Source of the DNA: Oligoflexus sp.
GTDB taxonomy: Bacteria > Bdellovibrionota_B > Oligoflexia > Oligoflexales > Oligoflexaceae
Assembly (NCBI GenBank): GCA_041736305.1
Contig: JBGSTX010000089.1
Coordinates: 1 to 12,259 of the forward strand
Direction of reading: 5' to 3'
DNA: 12,259 nucleotides
A model generated the notes under the pieces. That model saw nothing but the letters and a program-made list of their open reading frames with translations. It was not told the origin of the DNA and searched no databases. Positions 1 through 7,005 of this stretch are shown here, one piece after another. Made by a program: the position numbers and the translations under genes. Within the stretch, counting starts at the first letter, position 1. Every line of letters begins with the position of its first letter.

Positions 1-2
1 CG

Positions 3-1142
3 CCAGGGGCCTTGCAAGCTGCTGTCGATCTCTCGGCGCGTTATATCAACGATCGTAAATTACCCGACAAAGCGATCGACGTTATCGATGAAGCTGCAGC
101 TGCCATAGCCCTCCGGGGTCCGCAGCATAAGAGCCGGACGATTTCTGCCGAGATGATCCAAGCCGTGGTGGCCAAGATCGCGCGCATTCCCGTGGCGAAG
201 GTTTCGTCCTCGGATCGAGAGTCCCTGCGGGATCTTGAGTCCAGACTTAAAACCAAGGTTTTTGGCCAAGATAAGGCGATTGAAGCCCTGGCTTCCGCGA
301 TCAAGCTTTCGCGCTCCGGTCTCGGCGACGAGGAGCGGCCGATAGGATCTTTCCTCTTTGCGGGCCCGACGGGAGTTGGAAAAACCGAGGTCGCTAAGCA
401 ATTGGCTAAGCTTATGGCGATCGAGATGATCCGCTTCGATATGAGCGAATACATGGAACGACACTCGGTCTCGCGGCTGATCGGAGCGCCTCCCGGTTAC
501 GTAGGCTTCGATCAAGGCGGTATGTTGACCGATGCTATTACCAAGAATCCGCATTCGGTACTTTTGCTCGATGAGATAGAGAAGGCTCATCCGGATATGC
601 AGAATATACTGCTGCAGGTCATGGATCACGGCGCGCTTACCGATAACAACGGCCGCAAAGCTGACTTCCGGAATGTGATCATCATCATGACCACTAACGC
701 CGGGGCCAAAGAGCTGTCACAGCAGTCGATTGGTTTCGATAAGTCGACGCGAGCGAAGATGGAGGGCAATTCACTCTCGAAGGCGATTCGCGATCAGTTC
801 TCGCCAGAGTTTAGAAACCGTTTGAATGGAATCATCAACTTTGGTGCGCTGCCAATCGATGTTGTGAAAATGGTCGCCAAGAAGTTTATCGATGAGCTGA
901 ACGAAAAGCTGGCGAAAAAGAAGGTCAAGCTGGAGTTTAGCGACGAAGCGATTGCCTGGGTCGCCACTAAAGGTTACGATGAAGCCTACGGTGCCCGTCC
1001 TATTCGACGCTTAGTGGATGAAAAGGTTAAGCAGCCGCTTGCTGATGAGCTTCTCTTCGGCGAGATGTCCAAGGGCGGGACGATCATGGTTACCGTGAAA
1101 GAAGATGCTTTAGATTTTGCTTTTGAAAAGAAAGCGATCTGA
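3..1142 (+). CDS. clpA: ATP-dependent Clp protease ATP-binding subunit ClpA, 5'-truncated by the window (end of NBD1 plus NBD2)
   Basis: The frame is open from position 3. It has RYINDRKLPDKAIDVIDEA, Walker A GPTGVGKTE, FDMSEYMERHSVSRLIGAPPGYVG, Walker B LLLDEIEKAH and YGARPIRR. The linker between NBD1 and NBD2 is short, with no ClpB/ClpC coiled-coil middle domain, which points to ClpA. Confidence 0.93.
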   Translation, partial: PGALQAAVDLSARYINDRKLPDKAIDVIDEAAAAIALRGPQHKSRTISAEMIQAVVAKIARIPVAKVSSSDRESLRDLESRLKTKVFGQDKAIEALASAIKLSRSGLGDEERPIGSFLFAGPTGVGKTEVAKQLAKLMAIEMIRFDMSEYMERHSVSRLIGAPPGYVGFDQGGMLTDAITKNPHSVLLLDEIEKAHPDMQNILLQVMDHGALTDNNGRKADFRNVIIIMTTNAGAKELSQQSIGFDKSTRAKMEGNSLSKAIRDQFSPEFRNRLNGIINFGALPIDVVKMVAKKFIDELNEKLAKKKVKLEFSDEAIAWVATKGYDEAYGARPIRRLVDEKVKQPLADELLFGEMSKGGTIMVTVKEDALDFAFEKKAI

Positions 1143-1169
1143 AAGCTGTGATCAGGACTCGGGGCATTC

Positions 1170-1616
1170 ATGAGAAAAGCACGTCAACTTTTGGAAATGA
1201 TCCGCAGCCTGCAAGGCAAGAAGGTCGTTACGCTAAGTATCATGCTCGACGATGAGACTTCCGATTTTGTCTTCGATATAGCGGATGATGGCTATGTTGG
1301 TTATCACCGAGACCACCGCAAGCAACTTCTGACTCTCTTGGAATACGGGATTCAGAACAGCGGGGGTCTCATTATCCGCCAGTTCACTAAGCTCTCCTAC
1401 GAAGCCTCGGCCGCTGACGGCCAGACCATGCGCTTCCCCTACAAGCTAATCTACGCAATTTTTCTAGGCGAAAGCCAATATGTGCCGCTCAGTAAGGAAG
1501 AGACCGAAGAGGTCTGCTGTACCGATGCGCGGACCGGCCATCGGCTTAAAAAGGAAGAAGGCGTCATCTATAGGGGACTCCACCTCCCCCTTCCTGCCGA
1601 TGCTCGGATGTATTAA
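1170..1616 (+). CDS. Hypothetical protein, 148 aa, probably soluble and cytoplasmic
   Basis: ATG-started ORF 27 nt after the clpA stop on the same strand. It fills the gap with no competing long ORF and has ordinary globular composition. No family motif recognised. Confidence 0.75.
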   Translation: MRKARQLLEMIRSLQGKKVVTLSIMLDDETSDFVFDIADDGYVGYHRDHRKQLLTLLEYGIQNSGGLIIRQFTKLSYEASAADGQTMRFPYKLIYAIFLGESQYVPLSKEETEEVCCTDARTGHRLKKEEGVIYRGLHLPLPADARMY

Positions 1617-1623
1617 TCCTTCT

Positions 1624-1636
1624 TAAGTATTTGATT
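1624..1636. promoter_or_regulatory. Putative IHF-binding site in an AT-rich intergenic tract
   Basis: TAAGTATTTGATT matches YAANNNNTTGATW, the reverse complement of the IHF consensus WATCAANNNNTTR. It lies in a conspicuously AT-rich stretch (about 1611-1668) upstream of the exported-protein gene. Confidence 0.4.
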
Positions 1637-1723
1637 TAAATGAATTATTATCTTCTTTCCGAAAAGTAAGGAGCCGACCTTCCAGTCGCGTGCATTTCCG
1701 CCGATCTCATCTGAGCAGCATCA

Positions 1724-2668
1724 GTGAAAAGGCTTGAAATGGTTGTTTTAGTTTCTTACATCTTGGCTTTCTTTACTCTTGCTCTTGCCTGCATGGCCGG
1801 CAGCCCTTCATTAGCGCGGGCGCAGTCGCGTGAGCAGTTGATACAGAACTACATCGATCAGCAGCAGAAGAATCCGCCCTTGTACCAGGCTCCGCCCATC
1901 AACCATCTGGTTCCCAACTTCAACACCATTACCTATGCAGCCGCATTAGATTACCAGCAAGTCGAAATTCTGCCCTCAGACAGTGAGGGCAATGTTCAGA
2001 AATATCTCAACTCAGAAGCAAGCCTTAGTCTCAAAGGCTATACCGTCTCGCCTCATTTAGCGATGTCCCTCAAGCGCGTCGGGCTCGGACTATCTGTGGA
2101 AACGATGCATCGCGAAGCTATCTTCAACAGTAGTTATACAAGTTCAGGCGAGAGCACATATTACTCACAGCTGGCAAGTGTCGATGCGAGTGGCTATGGG
2201 TTCAATATCTCTTTTCTGCCGATTCCCAAGTTCAGTAAAAATATTAAAGTCGCGACCATCTTGGGTACCAAGACATTCAACGCTACTCATCGCAGTGGCT
2301 CTTTCCAGCCCGTGACAGGCAGTGGAAGCCCGAGTCGTCGCTATACTGTGCAAAAACATGAGATTGGCCTCAACGTCGGCCTGCAGCTCCTAAAAGCCTT
2401 TCGCCTTACCCCTTGGGCCAATTATGGGCTAACGGTGCTAAATACCGATAGCGAATCTAATGGCGCCTCCTATGAGAAAGAACTCGAGCTATTTTGGAAG
2501 GAACAACCTGATTTTCGCTATGGAATCAATGCCGGGATCACTCTCGATGGCTTCGAATTGAGCATAGGCGGTATACTCGGCATGCTTGGCAATCTGAATG
2601 GCACCCCGGACTTTATCAAAGACAAATCATTATCGCTGACTCTCTCCTGGGATCAGAAAGGAAGCTGA
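1724..2668 (+). CDS. Putative exported / outer-membrane beta-barrel-like hypothetical protein (start GTG 1724 or ATG 1739)
   Basis: N-terminal signal peptide (MKR, hydrophobic core, ARA|QS cleavage-like site). The mature region is rich in alternating hydrophobic/polar strands with Gly and aromatics: GYTVSPHLAMSL, VGLGLSVE, GYGFNISF, IGLNVGLQL, FRLTPWANYG, YGINAGITL, LSLTLSW. Confidence 0.7.
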   Translation: MKRLEMVVLVSYILAFFTLALACMAGSPSLARAQSREQLIQNYIDQQQKNPPLYQAPPINHLVPNFNTITYAAALDYQQVEILPSDSEGNVQKYLNSEASLSLKGYTVSPHLAMSLKRVGLGLSVETMHREAIFNSSYTSSGESTYYSQLASVDASGYGFNISFLPIPKFSKNIKVATILGTKTFNATHRSGSFQPVTGSGSPSRRYTVQKHEIGLNVGLQLLKAFRLTPWANYGLTVLNTDSESNGASYEKELELFWKEQPDFRYGINAGITLDGFELSIGGILGMLGNLNGTPDFIKDKSLSLTLSWDQKGS

Positions 2669-2711
2669 CGCGCAGCTCCTCTCGTCTCTTCTTCCCCCTG
2701 TCAGGCTCGCC

Positions 2712-3527
2712 TCAGTGACGATAACGAAACTTATGAGGAAAGAGCATATTCAAAGCGAGGGCTCCGACTAAGACCGAAAGCATGATCGGCATAAAAACTG
2801 CTTCTGGAATATGCATGCCCACTAACTTGATCTGCTGATCCCCGAAGGGCAGCGCCTCGATTTCCAGCACGACTTTCAATCCAGCAATGCCGACGAGTAT
2901 GAAAGCTGCAGGGACGAGAACAGGAAATTTAACGATCAGCTTGATGAAGAAGGATGCAGCTACCCGCATCATCAGGATGCCTAGAACTGCACCCGTAATG
3001 AGTACCCACCTTTGATCTGATACGGCGAGCGCGACGGCAATTGAATCGATGGAAAACATTATATCCATCAATTCGACCGCCAGAATGGTTTTCCAAAGGG
3101 TCTTCCAGTCAGCACGCGGGGCCTCTTGCGCTCGCTTTAGAGATTCAGCTCGCATCCGTGCCTCGTGCTCCTGCGCACTTTCACCCTCCTCTGCGGCCGC
3201 ATGCTCCACAGCTTCAGTCTCCTTCTTTTTGAAGAAAAGTTCGCTGGCTGCGATCCAGAGTAAATAGGCGCCCGCTAAAAATTTAATCCAGGCATTTGCC
3301 ATCAGCCAAACGCCAACAAACACGACGGCGATCCGGGAGACGTAGGCACCCCCAATACCCCAGAGGAGAGCTTTCTTTCTATCCTCAGGGTGCTTGAGTC
3401 GATCCGACACCAGAGCAGCTAGGGCTAGGGCATTATCGAAACTGAGGAGGCCCTCGAGAATCGCTAGCTGGAGGACTAAGCCAAAATTCGCTGGGGTCAG
3501 AGTTTCCACAAGAGGAGTAGGATCCAC
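2712..3527 (-). CDS. TerC family (YkoY/Alx-like) integral membrane protein, possibly Mn2+/metal homeostasis
   Basis: TerC motifs LEGLLSFDNAL, ALLWGIGGAYVSR, GAYLLW and VELMDIMFSIDSI, plus about 7 hydrophobic segments. I place the start at GTG 3527 because a GAGGA Shine-Dalgarno lies just upstream (cagcGAGGAaaccGTG). The ORF-track start is 3569. Confidence 0.9.
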   Translation of the reverse strand: MDPTPLVETLTPANFGLVLQLAILEGLLSFDNALALAALVSDRLKHPEDRKKALLWGIGGAYVSRIAVVFVGVWLMANAWIKFLAGAYLLWIAASELFFKKKETEAVEHAAAEEGESAQEHEARMRAESLKRAQEAPRADWKTLWKTILAVELMDIMFSIDSIAVALAVSDQRWVLITGAVLGILMMRVAASFFIKLIVKFPVLVPAAFILVGIAGLKVVLEIEALPFGDQQIKLVGMHIPEAVFMPIMLSVLVGALALNMLFPHKFRYRH

Positions 3528-3583
3528 GGTTTCCTCGCTGGGCTCGTGTAATGATGACGCGACAGGCACTTACATGGCCTTAT

Positions 3584-3612
3584 AATCTAGCGTCAAAACA
3601 TTGGGCGCGCAA
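3584..3612 (-). promoter_or_regulatory. Putative sigma70-type promoter for the TerC-family gene
   Basis: The minus strand reads TTGCGC (3612-3607), then 17 nt, then TAGATT (3589-3584). It sits in the divergent terC/trpS intergenic region. Confidence 0.45.
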
Positions 3613-3760
3613 ATGGCTTCCATGCAAGGCAAGATTTTTCCGCGCGAGCCGCAGCAAACGATCTCTGCACGCGAAGGCTGGCGCAAAATCGCCAGAATCA
3701 GTATACCAAGGTGAATGAGGCGATAACTCGAGGCCCCCAGAGAAAAAGGAAGCGGATTCC

Positions 3761-4771
3761 ATGGCGACTCTCACTCACAAGAACGTAATTCTTTCCGGCA
3801 TTCAACCTACGCACCGGCTTACGCTCGGAAACTATCTCGGGGCCATCAAGAACTGGGTGAAGATTCAAGACGCCTACAACTGCTACTTCATGGCTGTCGA
3901 CCAACACGCGATCACGTTGCGGCAAGATCCTGCCCTCTTACGTGAAAACACCTGGTTTGGGATCGCCAGCTACATTGCGGCCGGCATCGATCCTGAGCGC
4001 TGTTCGATCTTTGTGCAGTCACAAATCCCTGAGCACGCCCAGCTTGCCTGGATCCTCAATTGCTATGCCTATATGGGTGAGGTCAATCGGATGACCCAGT
4101 TTAAAGACAAAGGGACCAAAGCTGGAGCCAACATCCCTGTTGGCCTTTTTACCTACCCTCTGCTCATGGCCGCCGATATCTTGCTCTACGATGCTAAATT
4201 GGTTCCGGTTGGTGAAGATCAAAAGCAGCACGTCGAGCTCACCAGGGACATCGCGCAGCGCGTGAATGCCCTCTATGGTGACGATACCTTCGTCGTTCCT
4301 GAGGTTTTTATTCCTGAGGTGGGTGCTCGCGTTATGGATCTCCTGAACCCTACGGCAAAGATGAGCAAGAGCGCTAGCAATGAAAACGGATCGATTTTCC
4401 TCGGTGACTCGCCCGACGTGATCGAAAAGAAATTCAAACGAGCGGTCACCGATTCGGGGCAGGGCATTGAATTTGATCCCGATAACAAGCCTGGGGTCAG
4501 CAATCTCTTGAGCATCCAGGCAGCGATTACGGGTGAAACTCTGAGTCAGGTCGTGGCCCGCTATGAGGGCAAGCAGTACGGTCACCTGAAAGTCGAAACT
4601 GCGGCGCATGTCATTCAGGAGTTAGCACCGATACAAAAGCGAACGCAGGAACTCCTCGCCGATCGGGGTGAGCTGGCCCGCATCATTCGGACTTCGGCAG
4701 CCAAAGCTCGTGCCCATGCGGAGAAGACCCTCGAACGGGTCTATGAGCGCATCGGCTTCGTCAAAGTTTGA
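3761..4771 (+). CDS. trpS: Tryptophan--tRNA ligase
   Basis: SGIQPT..LTLGNYLG (HIGH-equivalent), RMTQFKDK, GLFTYPLLMAADILLY, VPVGEDQKQHVELTRD, KMSKS, KRAVTDS, KPGVSNL and YGHLK. AAGGAAG lies upstream of the ATG. Confidence 0.97.
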   Translation: MATLTHKNVILSGIQPTHRLTLGNYLGAIKNWVKIQDAYNCYFMAVDQHAITLRQDPALLRENTWFGIASYIAAGIDPERCSIFVQSQIPEHAQLAWILNCYAYMGEVNRMTQFKDKGTKAGANIPVGLFTYPLLMAADILLYDAKLVPVGEDQKQHVELTRDIAQRVNALYGDDTFVVPEVFIPEVGARVMDLLNPTAKMSKSASNENGSIFLGDSPDVIEKKFKRAVTDSGQGIEFDPDNKPGVSNLLSIQAAITGETLSQVVARYEGKQYGHLKVETAAHVIQELAPIQKRTQELLADRGELARIIRTSAAKARAHAEKTLERVYERIGFVKV

Positions 4772-4794
4772 AAAGCTAGTTTGGAGAGAGTCTC

Positions 4795-6930
4795 TTGCAT
4801 ATTCAGGACTATGCTCGTCAAATTCTCGAGGGTCGAGAGCTGAGCGATAAGCTCTTGCCTCCTCCTCGTGAGATCGATTGTTCGGAGAGGGCCGCATGGG
4901 AGGGATTCATTGCCGAGCCCGGACGTCCGTCTTCGCTTGCTTTTGGGAAGAAAGGCACCCGTCGCAGTTTTCCTACGGTAAAGGAGCTTGAGCAAGATGA
5001 GGCCCGCGGAATTGTTCTGCACTTCTTCGCTAACCACGAACTCCTTGCACTCGAGATCATGGCACTTGCTCTGCTGAAATTCCCTGCGGCTCCTCAAGGC
5101 TTCAGGCGCGGTCTGCTAGAGACCATGCGCGAAGAGCAGGAGCATTTGCTTGCTTACCAAACCCGCATGATGGAGCTCGGCGTTGCCCTGGGAGATGTGC
5201 CGGTGAATCGCTTCTTCTGGGATTGTCTCAAAGAAATGCGCAGTCCCTTGGACTATGTTCTTGGGATGAGTCTTACCTTTGAGCAAGCCAATCTCGATTT
5301 TTCGCGTCATTATCAGGAACTGTTTGCGAAGATCGGTGACAGCGTGACGGCCAATATCCTCGAAAAAGTTTATGAAGACGAAATCGGACATGTAAAGCAC
5401 GGGGTAGTCTGGTTTGATCGCTGGAAAGACCCCGCCGCATCTCAATGGCAAGCGTATGCGTCTCAGCTGACCCTACCCCTCAGCCCAGCTCGCGCTAAGG
5501 GGGTGGTCTTTGATCGCACAGCGCGTCGGAGGGCAAATTTGAGCGAAGAATTTTGTGATCAACTCGAGGTCTTTGCAGGAACCAAAGGTCGTCCACCGGC
5601 GGTATTCTATTACAACGCAGACTGCGAGATCGAACTCTCGCGCGAAGCCCCAGGTTATACTTTGCAGACCGGCACCAAGAAGGTCATGGCCGAGCTGATG
5701 AACTGCCTGATGTTTGCGGCCAAGGGTGGCGATGTAGTCCTGACAACGCGGATACCCTCAGCCAGCTATCTCAGTTCTATGCGAAAGCTAGGTTTTGAAC
5801 TGCCGGAATTTCAGGAGCTGCCGGCAGGAGCAGACGCTTGGAGCAAGTTGCGTGAAAGCCGCCGCTGGGATAGTTTTCATCCCTGGGGCTGGACCCCGCG
5901 CAGTCTCGAAATGGGGCGGAATTTTTCGCCGTTGCATGCACCTCCTCTTGATGTTGACGAGCACAACTTCTGGAAGAGCCCTTGGATGCAGCTCTTCCGC
6001 AAGTCAGCTCTGCCTGAACTAAGGCGGCGGCTTCGAGAGGACATAGCCACGGCTCCGACCGAGCTTTGGGGGCCCGTTGAGGCTGATGGAAACTTGGCGA
6101 GCGATCTTACCGATGTACTCGTCGGGATCAGTGATATTCATGCAACGTTCGGCACGCCCGCCGTGATCAAGAGTCCCTATGGATTTGCAGGATCTGGAAT
6201 GCTGCGCGCTTACCCAGGCCAAAATCTCAACGAAGCCCAAATCGGCTGGATTGAACGCCAGCTCGAACTCTACGGTGCGGTGTTGATCGAACCTTGGCTC
6301 CGACGCGTTGCTGATTTATCGGTCGTCTGGTCAGGTGATAGCCCTCTTCTGAGCAGCTTCGTCTTCTTTACCAACGCCAAAGGCCAATACAAAGGACACT
6401 CTTTACAGCAGGTGAGTCTCGCGCTCGAGCCCGAGCAGCGGGCTTTTATGTTTGGAACTAAAGATGGCCCTATCTCAGCTTACGAGCAGCTCCTGGCTGT
6501 TGCCGGACTCGTAAAAGACAAGTTGGCGGCTCTTTCCTATCGCTATGCGGCAGGCATCGATACCATGATTTATGAGTGGCAGGGCAAATGGCACCTCAGG
6601 ATCCTTGGTGAGGTAAATTGTCGTATGACTATGGGGCATGTTGCGCGCGGATTGCGAAAACGAATCAGTCCTGGCGTCCCAAGTCTCTGGCAGTCGATTA
6701 CAGTTCTGGAGGCGCAAGGTAAAGGCTGGCCCACTCTGCGGGATATGGCCCATGAGCTAAGTTCGGGCCATCCTCCCTTACTCAAGCATGGCACCATCGA
6801 TAGCGGCATCGTTTTTACAGGCGATCCGGCCCAGAATTCTTATGTGCTGGGGGTACTCGCTGTAGGTGAAGCGGCACTCAAGGCTTGCTCAGGACTCGGT
6901 GAGCTCGGCGCGACGACGAGGCCATGCTGA
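4795..6930 (+). CDS. DUF455-type ferritin-like (di-iron) domain fused to a C-terminal ATP-grasp-like domain, 711 aa
   Basis: The N-terminal ~260 aa have LHFFANHELLALE, REEQEH, TFEQANLD and EDEIGHVKHG, the E...ExxH...E...ExxH four-helix di-iron pattern typical of DUF455. The C-terminal part has PWGW, VIKSPYGFAGSG, VLIEPWL, AGIDTMIY and GEVNCRMTMG, which are ATP-grasp-type motifs in the canonical order. TTG start preceded by GGAGAG. Confidence 0.8.
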   Translation: MHIQDYARQILEGRELSDKLLPPPREIDCSERAAWEGFIAEPGRPSSLAFGKKGTRRSFPTVKELEQDEARGIVLHFFANHELLALEIMALALLKFPAAPQGFRRGLLETMREEQEHLLAYQTRMMELGVALGDVPVNRFFWDCLKEMRSPLDYVLGMSLTFEQANLDFSRHYQELFAKIGDSVTANILEKVYEDEIGHVKHGVVWFDRWKDPAASQWQAYASQLTLPLSPARAKGVVFDRTARRRANLSEEFCDQLEVFAGTKGRPPAVFYYNADCEIELSREAPGYTLQTGTKKVMAELMNCLMFAAKGGDVVLTTRIPSASYLSSMRKLGFELPEFQELPAGADAWSKLRESRRWDSFHPWGWTPRSLEMGRNFSPLHAPPLDVDEHNFWKSPWMQLFRKSALPELRRRLREDIATAPTELWGPVEADGNLASDLTDVLVGISDIHATFGTPAVIKSPYGFAGSGMLRAYPGQNLNEAQIGWIERQLELYGAVLIEPWLRRVADLSVVWSGDSPLLSSFVFFTNAKGQYKGHSLQQVSLALEPEQRAFMFGTKDGPISAYEQLLAVAGLVKDKLAALSYRYAAGIDTMIYEWQGKWHLRILGEVNCRMTMGHVARGLRKRISPGVPSLWQSITVLEAQGKGWPTLRDMAHELSSGHPPLLKHGTIDSGIVFTGDPAQNSYVLGVLAVGEAALKACSGLGELGATTRPC

Positions 6931-7005
6931 GAGGATTTTTCTTGCCTCGACCTACCTTCAGCTGCAGACTGAGTCCTACGATCAACGTTTGAAGGAGAGA
7001 TCCCA

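Noticed and set aside
41-629. Antisense ORFs of 137 and 189 aa within clpA
   Set aside because: Shadow ORFs opposite a highly conserved gene, with no recognisable motifs.
2669-2711. Terminator between the convergent exported-protein and terC genes
   Set aside because: Pyrimidine-rich tract without a convincing stem-loop.
3581-3586. Perfect TATAAT on the plus strand as a trpS promoter
   Set aside because: There is no acceptable -35 at 16-18 nt and no extended -10 TG. It overlaps the better-spaced minus-strand promoter candidate, so it is not supported enough to call.
3678-3695. Inverted repeat CTGGCG-N6-CGCCAG upstream of trpS, also resembling a sigma54 site
   Set aside because: The stem is only 6 bp with no U-tract, and the GG-to-GC spacing is 9 rather than the required 10. 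It could be an operator but cannot be supported.
3528-3760. yybP-ykoY riboswitch before terC, or T-box/attenuator before trpS
   Set aside because: I found no GGGGAGUA core, T-box sequence, Trp-codon leader peptide or terminator hairpin with a U-tract.
3815-3840. TrpS HIGH motif reading TLGN
   Set aside because: TIGN/TLGN is a normal variant in bacterial TrpRS and is not evidence of a resistant or atypical enzyme.
4019-4609. 196-aa antisense ORF within trpS
   Set aside because: Codon-register mirror of trpS with no independent evidence of coding.
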